Positions 7,859 to 16,228 of a stretch of 47,752 nucleotides of DNA are shown here, one piece after another. The stretch lies in IMG/VR virus record IMGVR_UViG_3300045988_118171; one strand, 5' to 3'. The notes beneath the pieces were generated by a model, which was not told the DNA's origin, searched no databases, and saw only the letters and a program-made list of their open reading frames with translations. Positions within the stretch are counted from its first letter, which is position 1. Every line of letters begins with the position of its first letter. This DNA comes from a virus. The position numbers and the translations under genes were made by a program.

Positions 7859-8050
7859 ATGTCTACGGAAATGGCCGTATTCATCGTAAAGCACAGGCTG
7901 TCGTACTACGAAGGTGAAAAGTTCACCTTCGCGGACATGACCAATGCGATAGAGCGCGTTGCAACGTCCGACGAAGCGTGTTCGAGGCTGTCTAACGTGG
8001 ATTTTCAACGTGCATTGTGCTGGCTGTTTGACCACTATGATTTCACCTAA
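7859..8050 (+). CDS. Hypothetical protein
   Basis: ORF track only; weak RBS. Confidence 0.4.
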   Translation: MSTEMAVFIVKHRLSYYEGEKFTFADMTNAIERVATSDEACSRLSNVDFQRALCWLFDHYDFT

Positions 8051-8111
8051 CCGCCTCGATTCTGACGCGGTTAAAGAGGGCGATTTCGACCGGTTTAGAA
8101 AGGGGGAAACG

Positions 8112-8306
8112 ATGAATAACCACGAAGACCTGCTGAGCATGGACTCTTTGAATCTAGCATTATTCCTTGCGGCCTGCGGCGGCTGTCCGCCTCAGAAGAC
8201 GGTTTGCATTGAGGTTGTGTGTGACTGCGAATACTGTTGGCAAAAGTGGCTGGAAGCGCCACACCTGGAGGTAATGGAAGATGGAAATCCACTCCAACTT
8301 TACTGA
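8112..8306 (+). CDS. Hypothetical Cys-rich protein
   Basis: ATG 8112 behind AAAGGGGGA. Confidence 0.45.
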   Translation: MNNHEDLLSMDSLNLALFLAACGGCPPQKTVCIEVVCDCEYCWQKWLEAPHLEVMEDGNPLQLY

Positions 8307-8481
8307 TCTCAAGCCCTGCCCCTTATGCGGGGGCGGGGCCGAGCTGCACGACTCGCAGCGCAATCCTAGAGTCCCCATGTGGTGGGTACGATGCAAACTG
8401 TGTGGCGCGACCTCTGCGACGCACAGCACCAAAGAAAAGGCCGTCGCGGCCTGGAACGGGAGGACGTATGACAAGAGCTGA
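8281..8481 (+). CDS. Lar-family restriction-alleviation-like protein
   Basis: LKPCPLCGG...CKLCG...AVAAWNGR matches the Lar-family pattern (LKPCPFCG ... AWNRR). Confidence 0.65.
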   Translation: MEIHSNFTDLKPCPLCGGGAELHDSQRNPRVPMWWVRCKLCGATSATHSTKEKAVAAWNGRTYDKS

Positions 8482-8986
8482 ACAATGGCGGCCAATCCCT
8501 GGATACGGGGGCTGGTACGAGTTATCTAGGCACGGTGAAATCCGTTCCTGGTGTGTTACTGGCCCTAAAAAAAAGCGCCGGGACGAGCCTCTGATCCTGC
8601 GGCCATTTATGGCCCTGCACAAACGGACGCCAGAGCTGCAAATCACGCTCATGCGCAAGACGTATAGCGTGAAAATCTTAATGCGAGACATTTGGATGGC
8701 CGGACCGAAGGCGGGTATGCGAGTAACTTTCATTGATGGGGACCGCGCAAACTGCGCTTTACACAATCTGCGATATAGCCCCGTCGAAGAGGTCCGCACG
8801 AACCCACAGAACAGATGCCCCATTGCGAAATGCAAGCCGTGGGGAACTGTGATCGCCTATTACCGCAGCATGGCCGAAGCTGCCGAGAAAAACCACATCT
8901 CCCGCAGTGGGATGCAGAAACGAATAAACAACGAAACCCTGGCCGATGGTGTAATTTTCCGCCGGGCCAGTGAATTGGAGGGTTAA
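8468..8986 (+). CDS. Free-standing HNH homing endonuclease (NUMOD4 + HNH_3-like + C-terminal DNA-binding motif)
   Basis: Start moved to ATG 8468. Motifs: WRPIPGYGGWYELSRHGEIRS (NUMOD4) and FIDGDRANCALHNLRY (HNH). Confidence 0.75.
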   Translation: MTRAEQWRPIPGYGGWYELSRHGEIRSWCVTGPKKKRRDEPLILRPFMALHKRTPELQITLMRKTYSVKILMRDIWMAGPKAGMRVTFIDGDRANCALHNLRYSPVEEVRTNPQNRCPIAKCKPWGTVIAYYRSMAEAAEKNHISRSGMQKRINNETLADGVIFRRASELEG

Positions 8987-8988
8987 GT

Positions 8989-9477
8989 ATGAAAAATCGT
9001 GTACATAAGATGCTGGAAGCCCTGAACGCTTGCTCTGGCCGTTCCTGTGGCCTCTGCCCCTACACCAGCCCCCGAACAACTGCCTGCGAAAGGATGCTCA
9101 AGGATGACGCGGCTGACCTAATCTCAGACCTGTGGGGCATCATCTCCCAGCCCGTGCAGAACGCGCAGCAGGCGTCGCAGCTTGAAACTAGGGCCTCTAT
9201 CCTGGAAGGTGCCCGCAAGTGCGTCTGCGGCGAGCGAGAGGGACAGTACGGGACCCCAGAGGACAGCTTTTCTGCCATTGCTAGGCTATGGTCGGCCTAC
9301 TGCCAGGATAGGGATTTTTCCGGCGACGACGTGGCCTGCATGATGGCCCTGCTGAAAATCGCCCGAATCATCTACAACCCTGAGCACATGGACTCGTGGG
9401 TCGATGGCTGCGGCTATCTGGCCTGCGGTGCCGAGATCGCAGCGCGGCGGGCCAGCAAAAAGCTGGAGGGCGTGTGA
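8989..9477 (+). CDS. Hypothetical protein (C-terminal YG.PEDSF..IA.LWS...ALLKIARI...DSWVD pattern common in phages)
   Basis: ORF track; conserved-looking C-terminal domain. Confidence 0.6.
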   Translation: MKNRVHKMLEALNACSGRSCGLCPYTSPRTTACERMLKDDAADLISDLWGIISQPVQNAQQASQLETRASILEGARKCVCGEREGQYGTPEDSFSAIARLWSAYCQDRDFSGDDVACMMALLKIARIIYNPEHMDSWVDGCGYLACGAEIAARRASKKLEGV

Positions 9478-9630
9478 ATGAACAAGTTTATGAGCAGAAA
9501 GGCAATATTTATCGGGGTGACGCTTTTCATCGACATCTTGTGGCTCTGTGGGATTGCGTCGCTTCAAACAGCGGGCATTGCATCCTTTTATGGATTGATC
9601 TACAACCTCATGGAGGAACGAGATGACTAA
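9478..9630 (+). CDS. Small membrane protein (50 aa); absent from the ORF track
   Basis: Hand translation: MNKFMSRKAIFIGVTLFIDILWLCGIASLQTAGIASFYGLIYNLMEERDD. Abuts the upstream stop and overlaps the next start. Confidence 0.35.
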   Translation: MNKFMSRKAIFIGVTLFIDILWLCGIASLQTAGIASFYGLIYNLMEERDD

Positions 9631-9907
9631 AAAGCGATATATCAAGCTGCTCATGGCCCAGGGCCATAGTAGGAACTACGCGAACGAGTGTGCGCAGGAG
9701 GTGGCCGATGCAGGCGGCAGATGCAGCTATGAGGAAGCCTACACCCTTGCCTATGCCCTGGATCGCACGAACTGGATTTCTGCCGCACACCAGCTGGGCG
9801 AGGTGATTGAAAGCATCACGGCCAGTATGATTAAGGTCGTAAATGCGGTAGCGGCTGGAATCGCAGCGTTTGGCAAATCATTCCGGGATGCCTACGAAAA
9901 TGGATAA
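9623..9907 (+). CDS. Hypothetical protein
   Basis: ORF track. Confidence 0.5.
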   Translation: MTKKRYIKLLMAQGHSRNYANECAQEVADAGGRCSYEEAYTLAYALDRTNWISAAHQLGEVIESITASMIKVVNAVAAGIAAFGKSFRDAYENG

Positions 9908-9923
9908 ATACTGACGAATTGAA

Positions 9924-9953
9924 AGAGCCACCTCAATGGTGGCTCTTTTTTTG
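9924..9953 (+). terminator. Rho-independent terminator ending the early operon
   Basis: Stem AGAGCCACC / GGTGGCTCT followed by T7. Confidence 0.75.
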
Positions 9954-10077
9954 TGTCCAGATAAACAAATTTATACCTCTGTCCATTTCGGATATACTTT
10001 TGTTGGGAATTTTGGTATAGTCTGTAAAAACAAGTTCCTACGCTGTACCTTCCGTCAAACGCAGACTGGAGAACATT

Positions 10078-10254
10078 ATGAAAGACGATCGGCAGGAACC
10101 AATTAACATCTATATCAACATCATTGTTGGAGATGTTACAAACTCGTCCGTTGTCCAGGGAGGCATGGAAAATGTGGCTTCTCTGCTACGCCGAGAACAG
10201 CTCCCAGACGACATCATCAAGTACCTGGTCGAGCATATCCAGGACACGTCTTAA
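10078..10254 (+). CDS. Possible small ORF (58 aa) ending at the attP boundary
   Basis: Hand translation: [60 protein letters not shown]-rich. An extended -10 (TGGTATAGT) lies at 10013-10021. Confidence 0.3.
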   Translation: MKDDRQEPINIYINIIVGDVTNSSVVQGGMENVASLLRREQLPDDIIKYLVEHIQDTS

Positions 10255-10300
10255 TCTCTATCCTGCTGGTTATCCTAAAGAATCCCCATCAGGATGCAAA
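10255..10300. other. Candidate attP core for the serine integrase
   Basis: Imperfect inverted repeat ATCCTGCTGG (10260-10269) / CCATCAGGAT (10286-10295), 9 of 10 matched. It sits exactly where exonuclease III homology begins. Confidence 0.3.
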
Positions 10301-10663
10301 TCGGAAAAACGCCGAAAACCAATCATTGTCTGCGGGGACCTGAACGTTGCAGCAAGCGAGATCGACCTAAAGAATCCCAAGGCCAACCACAAAAATGCAG
10401 GCTTCACCGACGAAGAGCGGGGGAAGTTTCAGGAGCTTTTGGCCGCTGGCTTTACTGATTCATTCAGATACCTGTACCCCGACAAAGAGGGGGCCTATTC
10501 CTGGTGGAGCTACCGTTTCCATGCCAGGGAGAAAAATGCGGGGTGGCGGATAGACTATTTCCTGGTCGATGACTGCGCCAAGGATAAGATCGTAGACGCG
10601 AAAATACATAGTGACATTATGGGCAGCGACCATTGCCCGGTTGAGTTGGACATTGACCTATAA
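10301..10663 (+). pseudogene. xth: 3'-terminal fragment (about 118 codons) of exodeoxyribonuclease III; the N-terminal half of the enzyme is absent
   Basis: [35 protein letters not shown]...YSWWSYR...GWRIDYF...[11 protein letters not shown] matches the C-terminal half of ExoIII/ExoA. The upstream part of track ORF 10124..10663 is unrelated. Confidence 0.8.
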
Positions 10664-10666
10664 GCA

Positions 10667-10697
10667 AGGCCCCTGGCAGTTGCCGGGGGCCTTTTTC
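10667..10697. terminator. Bidirectional terminator between the xth fragment and the integrase gene
   Basis: Stem AGGCCCC..TGGCA / TGCCG..GGGGCCT, flanked by A and T runs. Confidence 0.7.
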
Positions 10698-12238
10698 TAT
10701 TCTTTCAGGTAGACGTCCAGGTGGACTTCTCCACCCTTGTTCCTACCGAAATCAACGCAATCATATTCGATTTTTCTTACGACAGTTTTCAGCAGGTCGT
10801 TTTTGGCCTTTGCCGGTACGTCTGGATCTTCAAGCGCACTCAGCGCCTCTGATACTCTCAAGATTTTCTCCCTGTAATCCACTGGTGGTGGGAGGCTCTT
10901 TTTGATATTCTCGATGCTGCCCTGCATGGCCTCAATTCGCTCTGATAGAACGCCTTTGCGCTCCATAAATTCCTGTTTCGTATAGATGCCGGACTCCAAA
11001 AAGTCGAACAGTTTCTCTCGCTTTTGTTCGAGCTTTTTCAGTTCAACATCCATCGAGCGCAAAATTTCCTCTTGCTGCTTATTCTTTTGGGCTTCCTCGT
11101 CGTTGTTCAGCTTAAATTCAAAGTCGCTGATGTAGTCCCGCAGTGCAGCGGCCACAGCAGCCACAACATCATCGTATGGGGCCGATTTTACCTTGCACGT
11201 CAGCGATGTTCTGTGAGACATACGGCCTTTAGTTTGTCCGCCGCGATGTGCAAAATCATTGTAGCTGATCCCCTTCCCGCAGTGCTTACACACCATGAGT
11301 CTGGCGAATGGGTTTGTTATCGTCGTCTGCGCTTTTAACGGCACCTGTCCGCAAAAAAGCGTTTGTGCCTTGTCGAATATTTCCTGTGATACAATGGCCG
11401 GGTGCTTTCCGTCCACAACCATGTAATCCTCTGGTGTGAGCCTGCGCTTTCTCTTGATGGTTCTCCCGTCGCTACCTTTCTCTTTGGAGACCTTTCGCCG
11501 GTTCCATCTGATCTTTCCTGTGTACAGCGTATTTTGCAGAATGTCCTTTACTGTGGCTCGGTTCCATTCGCTTTTCCCTGTTTGTGTAGGTATGCCCATC
11601 TCGCTCAAACGCCTTGCTATCTGGCCGCAGCTTAGTCCCTCATTGACAAACCAGTCAAACATCATTTTGACGTACTGAGACTGATCATTTAATTTCAGAG
11701 TCCGTTCTTTCTTATTTATCCGAATAATGTCATAGCCGTATGGAGGAAGGGAACCCACATAGTTGCCCTCTTTGATAGATTCTATCAAGCCGCGCTGCAT
11801 CCGACGGCGGATGGTTTTATACTCTCGGCGGCTCATAAACAGGCCGAACTCGAAGTATTCTTCATCAAATTCATTGTTTGGGTCGTAGGTTTTCGTCGGC
11901 GTGACAATCAGGGTATTTGACATAGAAAATGCCTCCGCCACTTCGCCCTGATCTTTCGTATTCCCACGCGCCAGACGCTCCACTTCCATGACCAGGACCC
12001 CTGCAAACCTTCCGGCGCAAACGTCATCAAGGAGCTGCTGCATCTGCGGGCGGTCTGCAATGGACTCACCGCTGACCATTTCTTCGTAGATTCTAGTGAT
12101 CTTCAAGCCTTTTTTGTCTGCAAGCTCCAGCAAGGCTGTCCGGTGTCGGGCCAGTGTTTCACCCTCACCTAGGGCCTCAAGGTCAAGGTCCTTGCGCGAT
12201 TTCCGAAGGTAAATAGCATAGTCGTCAGGCCGTTTCAT
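10697..12238 (-). CDS. Large serine recombinase (phage integrase)
   Basis: 513 aa. N-terminal resolvase domain (AIYLRKSRKD, catalytic Ser), recombinase domain, zinc-ribbon (CKHCG) and coiled-coil region. Confidence 0.9.
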   Translation of the reverse strand: MKRPDDYAIYLRKSRKDLDLEALGEGETLARHRTALLELADKKGLKITRIYEEMVSGESIADRPQMQQLLDDVCAGRFAGVLVMEVERLARGNTKDQGEVAEAFSMSNTLIVTPTKTYDPNNEFDEEYFEFGLFMSRREYKTIRRRMQRGLIESIKEGNYVGSLPPYGYDIIRINKKERTLKLNDQSQYVKMMFDWFVNEGLSCGQIARRLSEMGIPTQTGKSEWNRATVKDILQNTLYTGKIRWNRRKVSKEKGSDGRTIKRKRRLTPEDYMVVDGKHPAIVSQEIFDKAQTLFCGQVPLKAQTTITNPFARLMVCKHCGKGISYNDFAHRGGQTKGRMSHRTSLTCKVKSAPYDDVVAAVAAALRDYISDFEFKLNNDEEAQKNKQQEEILRSMDVELKKLEQKREKLFDFLESGIYTKQEFMERKGVLSERIEAMQGSIENIKKSLPPPVDYREKILRVSEALSALEDPDVPAKAKNDLLKTVVRKIEYDCVDFGRNKGGEVHLDVYLKE

Positions 12239-12258
12239 AGCTGTTGCACCTCTTGGTG

Positions 12259-12855
12259 TTATTTGTTTTCTCCGCTGTCGAGGGTTGGCCTCTGGGCAAT
12301 TTCTTCATCTGTAAAACCGGCGTCTTTCAGGTACGCTGTTCTGGAGTCTAAAAACTGCTGCTCTGCCGTCGGAATTACCTTCAAGTTCTTTTGCACTGCC
12401 TCAAGGCTGGAATACTTATTGTCGTCCACATAATCGCGTAGGTCGCTTGCTATCATGTAGACGGTGGAGAGATAGTCTGCTGCTGCATCTTGGTATTCTG
12501 CCGCCGTTCCGTCAGCTATATCAAATGCCTCAACTTTGGTCAAAAGGCCGCCTACAAAATCTTTTGCCTCCCCGGCGTAGCTGTATACGTCTTGCAGGTT
12601 TGTTTCTCCGGTGCCCATCTGCTGGACCTTATCTGCGAGTTTTACCTGGTACTGCTGGGCGGACCAGACCGACCGCGCAATCTCCAGATCCTTCTCTCCG
12701 GCAGCGGTCTTGGCTTCTTCCGGCGTCATGTTCTTGGCTGTCTCACTGTCACCCGTTCCGAGTGCGGCCACTAGGGCGATGAAGATCACTACAAGGGCGA
12801 TGATAACGATACCTAGTGTTTTGAGTGTTTTTTTCGACTTCGACGTTTCTTCCAT
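12259..12855 (-). CDS. Membrane-anchored, extracytoplasmic hypothetical protein of the lysogeny module (possible exclusion factor)
   Basis: N-terminal TM segment (LGIVIIALVVIFIALVAALG) and acidic helical ectodomain. Lies between the integrase and the repressors. Confidence 0.55.
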   Translation of the reverse strand: MEETSKSKKTLKTLGIVIIALVVIFIALVAALGTGDSETAKNMTPEEAKTAAGEKDLEIARSVWSAQQYQVKLADKVQQMGTGETNLQDVYSYAGEAKDFVGGLLTKVEAFDIADGTAAEYQDAAADYLSTVYMIASDLRDYVDDNKYSSLEAVQKNLKVIPTAEQQFLDSRTAYLKDAGFTDEEIAQRPTLDSGENK

Positions 12856-12874
12856 TTTTATACTCCTTCAACAA

Positions 12875-12900
12875 AAGCCCTTGGCTATATGCCAGGGCTT
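12875..12900 (-). terminator. Hairpin / partial terminator between the regulator and the membrane-protein gene
   Basis: AAGCCC-T-TGGC TATAT GCCA GGGCTT stem, T-rich on both sides. Confidence 0.4.
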
Positions 12901-12903
12901 CTT

Positions 12904-13239
12904 TTATATGCCCATAGCAGGGGCATTCCTAACCACTATTTCACAGTTTCTGTTGCCTTTTATCACCACACTTCCATTGATATTCCCCGATACCTGCTGG
13001 ATGACGAACCGATCCGTTTCTGTTGCTGGAACGCCGGTCACCAGCCAGCCAACCGACACGCCGAGGACTTCCGCAGCCTTGCAGATATTTTCCTCTGTCG
13101 GGGGCAGCGGCATCCGTTTATGCAGCGGTATGCTGGTATCTATTCCCATTCTGGCCGACACTTCAATCTGATTGCGCTGGAGGGCGAATATTGCCTTTTG
13201 CGCTCGTTCGTGCATTGCAACGAGATCGTACTTGTACAT
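12904..13239 (-). CDS. XRE-like HTH regulator
   Basis: ICKAAEVLGVSVGWLVTG HTH tail; sits next to the CI-like gene. Confidence 0.5.
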   Translation of the reverse strand: MYKYDLVAMHERAQKAIFALQRNQIEVSARMGIDTSIPLHKRMPLPPTEENICKAAEVLGVSVGWLVTGVPATETDRFVIQQVSGNINGSVVIKGNRNCEIVVRNAPAMGI

Positions 13240-13265
13240 CTCTGCTGCACATTCCCCTTCCTCTG

Positions 13266-13658
13266 TTATTTCAGCCGTTCCTCTTGCTCGTAAGCGAAAT
13301 TCAATACTGCGATTTGGCCCTTCCTGTCAAGCGAACGGAAGACGCTGATTAGTTCGGCCTCGCTGCCTTGCAGCTGATCCCCGTTGTTCACGTTGACGGC
13401 GCTCCCTATGCTGCCCTGGACTATGGCCGAGTTTTGCACGTTGCCCATGTTGTTGCTCATGGAGCGTTCGCCTCCGTGCAGCAGATAGTCTGTTGTTACT
13501 CCGAAATAGTCTGCGATCTTCCGTACTGTTTCACCATACGGAACAGCTCCGGCTTTCCAGCGCCCAGGCGATGACGGACTGATCCCCAGTTTACGCACGA
13601 CAGCCGTTGGCCTCACCCCTGTTTCGTCGCATAACTCCTTGAATTTTGTATAAAACAT
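13266..13658 (-). CDS. CI-like repressor (XRE family HTH)
   Basis: Start moved to ATG 13658 behind GGGGGAG. FKELCDETGVRPTAVVRKLGIS...TVRKIADYFGVTTDYLLHG. Divergent from the Cro/Xis-like gene. Confidence 0.7.
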   Translation of the reverse strand: MFYTKFKELCDETGVRPTAVVRKLGISPSSPGRWKAGAVPYGETVRKIADYFGVTTDYLLHGGERSMSNNMGNVQNSAIVQGSIGSAVNVNNGDQLQGSEAELISVFRSLDRKGQIAVLNFAYEQEERLK

Positions 13659-13718
13659 ACAAACAACTCCCCCTGTTTTAGTGAACCATACAAAAAGAAC
13701 AAAAAGGAACAAACGCTA

Positions 13719-13747
13719 TTGCAAACGGAACAAACATATATTATAAT
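13719..13747 (+). promoter_or_regulatory. Sigma-70-type early rightward promoter (TTGCAA-17-TATAAT)
   Basis: Read directly. GAACAAA lies inside the spacer. Followed by AGCACCATAGAGAACAAA, as at 3623. Confidence 0.55.
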
Positions 13748-13880
13748 AGCACCATAGAGAACAAATAAAAACAAGAGTTCCGCAAAACCTACTCCAAGTA
13801 ATTTTTTTAAGTGGAGCAAAAGCATAATAGCATAAAACGGAACAAAACGCAAGTAAAAAAGAACATAAAGGGGGAATAAA

Positions 13881-14078
13881 ATGAAGCCCAAATATTACTC
13901 CTGCCAAGACGTAGCCGACATGACCGGAAAGAAGCTCAAAACGGTGTGGGGCTGGTGCAACAGTGGAAAACTCCGCGCCAGCCGTCCGGGTGGCCGCGAC
14001 TATTTGATCGCCGAGGCCGATTTCCTGGAGTTCATACAGAGCGATAACCGCCGGAAGCCTGAAAAAAAGTCAAGCTGA
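13881..14078 (+). CDS. Excisionase-family (MerR-like HTH_17) DNA-binding protein; Cro-like or recombination directionality factor
   Basis: YSCQDVADMTGKKLKTVWGWCNSGKLRASRPGGRDYLI pattern. Confidence 0.65.
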   Translation: MKPKYYSCQDVADMTGKKLKTVWGWCNSGKLRASRPGGRDYLIAEADFLEFIQSDNRRKPEKKSS

Positions 14079-14094
14079 GAAGGGAGGGAATACC

Positions 14095-14268
14095 GTGGAG
14101 AAGACAGAGAACGTGTTCCGGCACGGGAATGTGATTGTCCGCATCCATGGGAAAGAACCAAGCCGCGAGGTGCTGGAGAAAGCCTGCATCAAGTTCATGC
14201 TGGCTGTGGAGGCTGCAAAGGCCGAGGCCGAATCCAAAAAGGCCGCCGGTGACGAGGGGGCCGCGTAA
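14095..14268 (+). CDS. Small hypothetical protein (57 aa, GTG start); absent from the ORF track
   Basis: GTG 14095 behind AGAAGGGAGGG. Hand translation: VEKTENVFRHGNVIVRIHGKEPSREVLEKACIKFMLAVEAAKAE... Confidence 0.4.
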   Translation: MEKTENVFRHGNVIVRIHGKEPSREVLEKACIKFMLAVEAAKAEAESKKAAGDEGAA

Positions 14269-14269
14269 C

Positions 14270-14470
14270 ATGGCTATGACCTGCGTAACCCTGGGCCGCG
14301 AGTGCGACGGCTGTATGAACTGCGAGAAGGAATCCGAGGTCGTGGGTATCTGTGAGTCGTGCCGCGAGGAAATCCGAGCCGACGAGACTTACTACGACAT
14401 TGAAGGTGATCTTCTCCACGAGGACTGCTTGCTCGACTGGGCCTGGAAATACAGGCGGGAGGCCCTATGA
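14270..14470 (+). CDS. Small Cys-rich hypothetical protein
   Basis: Start moved to ATG 14270. The upstream part of the track ORF is out-of-frame over the previous gene. Confidence 0.5.
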   Translation: MAMTCVTLGRECDGCMNCEKESEVVGICESCREEIRADETYYDIEGDLLHEDCLLDWAWKYRREAL

Positions 14471-15138
14471 CACAACAACAAATCAACAACGAAGCCCAGT
14501 GGCACGAGGAACGGGCCAAGGGCATCGGAGGCAGCGAGGCTGCTGCTATCATTGGCCTTTCGCCTTGGTGTTCCAACGTCGAACTGTGGCGGCGGAAAAC
14601 TGGGCGACACGCAGCCCCGGACATTTCCAACAACGCCGCCGTAGCCTACGGCCACGACGCCGAGCCATTGATCCGGCGGCTGTTTGCCCTGGACTATGCG
14701 GACAAGTACGTCGTGAGCTATGGCGGGGCCTTTGATATGGTCCGCCACCCTGACCACCCGTACATATTCGCTACCCTTGACGGCAGGCTGACAGAGGTCG
14801 AAACCGGGAGAAAGGGCGTCCTGGAAATCAAAACCACCAGTATTCTGCGCTCCATGCAAAAGGAAAAATGGTGGAAAGATGGAAAGCCTGCCATTCCCGA
14901 CCAATACTATTGCCAGGTCCTCTGGCAGATGATTGCCAGCGGTTTCGATTTCGCCGTTCTACACGCGCAATTCCGCTATGAATATGGCGACGAACCGAGA
15001 TTCGAGCGCCGGACCTACACCATCGAGCGTTCCGAGGTGGCCGACGACCTGGCCTATCTGGAAGCCGCCGGGGTGAAATTTTGGACTGAGAACGTCAAGG
15101 GAGATCGAGAGCCTGATCTTATTCTCCCGGAAATATAG
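14467..15138 (+). CDS. YqaJ-type (lambda Exo-like) recombination exonuclease
   Basis: W...R..GIGGSEAAAIIGLSPW...ELW pattern, LEIKT motif; next to RecT. Confidence 0.85.
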   Translation: MTQQQINNEAQWHEERAKGIGGSEAAAIIGLSPWCSNVELWRRKTGRHAAPDISNNAAVAYGHDAEPLIRRLFALDYADKYVVSYGGAFDMVRHPDHPYIFATLDGRLTEVETGRKGVLEIKTTSILRSMQKEKWWKDGKPAIPDQYYCQVLWQMIASGFDFAVLHAQFRYEYGDEPRFERRTYTIERSEVADDLAYLEAAGVKFWTENVKGDREPDLILPEI

Positions 15139-15147
15139 GAGGTACCC

Positions 15148-15348
15148 ATGAATATTGAAGAGATCAACGCCGTGTTGGGCATTGATGCAGAGGCTGCAAC
15201 CAGCACCAAGCTGCTGGCACGGGCCGCCGAGTTCTGCGCCGAAATGGCTGATTGCTATAAGCCAGGAACCCTGGAGCGTCTGGCATTTGGTTCCCTGCGG
15301 TATGCCCTGTGTCATGTAATCAGCAGCCACGAAGAAGGAGCAAAGTGA
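15148..15348 (+). CDS. Hypothetical protein
   Basis: ORF track; AGGAGG RBS. Confidence 0.5.
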   Translation: MNIEEINAVLGIDAEAATSTKLLARAAEFCAEMADCYKPGTLERLAFGSLRYALCHVISSHEEGAK

Positions 15349-16226
15349 TGCAACTTGAAATTTATTCCCCAACTCAGGCCCAACCGCTGCCCCCCGTCGA
15401 GTGGAACTACGCCGAATTGAAGCAGTGGGTCAGCGATGGTCTGGAAGCCTACCGGGGCCGTGTGTATACCGAGGACACCGTGACCGAGGCCAAGCGAGAC
15501 CGGGCGACCCTGAACAAGCTGGCCCAGGCCATTGAAGACCGCCGCCGGGAGATCAAGGCCGTGTATCTGGCCCCCTACGACCAGTTCGAGAAGCAGGCCA
15601 AGGAGCTTGTGGGGATGGTCAAAGACCAGTCCCGTGAGATCGACGCCCAGATTAAAACCTACGACCGGCAGCGTCGGGTGGAAAAGCTGGAACGAATCAA
15701 GACTGAGTTATACACCCCCATGATCGGCGACCTGGCCGAGGCCATTCCCTACGAGAAACTGCACGACCCCAAGTGGTTGAACGTGACCGTCAGCATGACG
15801 GCGGTGTCTGAGGCCCTGGCTGAGAAGATCGAGCGTATCCGTTCCGGTTTTGCTGCCCTGCACAAATTGGATGTTCCGCCGGATGTACTGCATCAAATTC
15901 ATGCCGAGTTTGCGAAAGATTTTGACCTAGCAGCCGCTATTGCAGCAAAAGACCGCATCCTGGAAGAGAAGAAGCACATGCTGGAGTTTGCGCGTCATCT
16001 GGAAGCTCAGAACGCTACGAGAGCCACGCAAGGCGACGGCAGTATGGAACAGCACCCAACTTCTGAAAAGCTCGCAGAAGCGCGGGAGACGGCTCACGGC
16101 GATGAGCCAGTCATGCAGTTGGACTTCCGGGCATGGGTCACGCGCTCCCAAATGCTGGCCCTGCGGGAGTTTCTGAACGCCAACAACATCAAGTACGGCA
16201 AGGTGCCGAGAGAAAGTGAGGAATAA
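15348..16226 (+). CDS. Hypothetical protein (DUF1351-like, commonly next to RecT)
   Basis: Start moved to ATG 15348 (TGATG overlap). Long helical protein in the conserved position. Confidence 0.55.
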   Translation: MQLEIYSPTQAQPLPPVEWNYAELKQWVSDGLEAYRGRVYTEDTVTEAKRDRATLNKLAQAIEDRRREIKAVYLAPYDQFEKQAKELVGMVKDQSREIDAQIKTYDRQRRVEKLERIKTELYTPMIGDLAEAIPYEKLHDPKWLNVTVSMTAVSEALAEKIERIRSGFAALHKLDVPPDVLHQIHAEFAKDFDLAAAIAAKDRILEEKKHMLEFARHLEAQNATRATQGDGSMEQHPTSEKLAEARETAHGDEPVMQLDFRAWVTRSQMLALREFLNANNIKYGKVPRESEE

Positions 16227-16228
16227 CC

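Noticed and set aside
8237-8467. The long N-terminal extension of the HNH endonuclease ORF (track start 8237).
   Set aside because: The extension is Pro/Arg/Gly-rich out-of-frame sequence lying over the Lar-like gene. A proper ATG at 8468 precedes the NUMOD4 motif.
10124-10663. The track ORF taken as an intact 179-aa gene.
   Set aside because: Only the last 118 or so residues match exonuclease III. The first 60 or so residues are unrelated, and they overlap a different-frame small ORF and the putative attP. It is therefore annotated as a 3' gene fragment.
13613-13907. Two - strand ORFs (13613..13891 and 13716..13907) in the switch region.
   Set aside because: They are AT-rich promoter/operator DNA translating to Phe/Leu/Tyr-rich artefacts. 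The true repressor start is at 13658.
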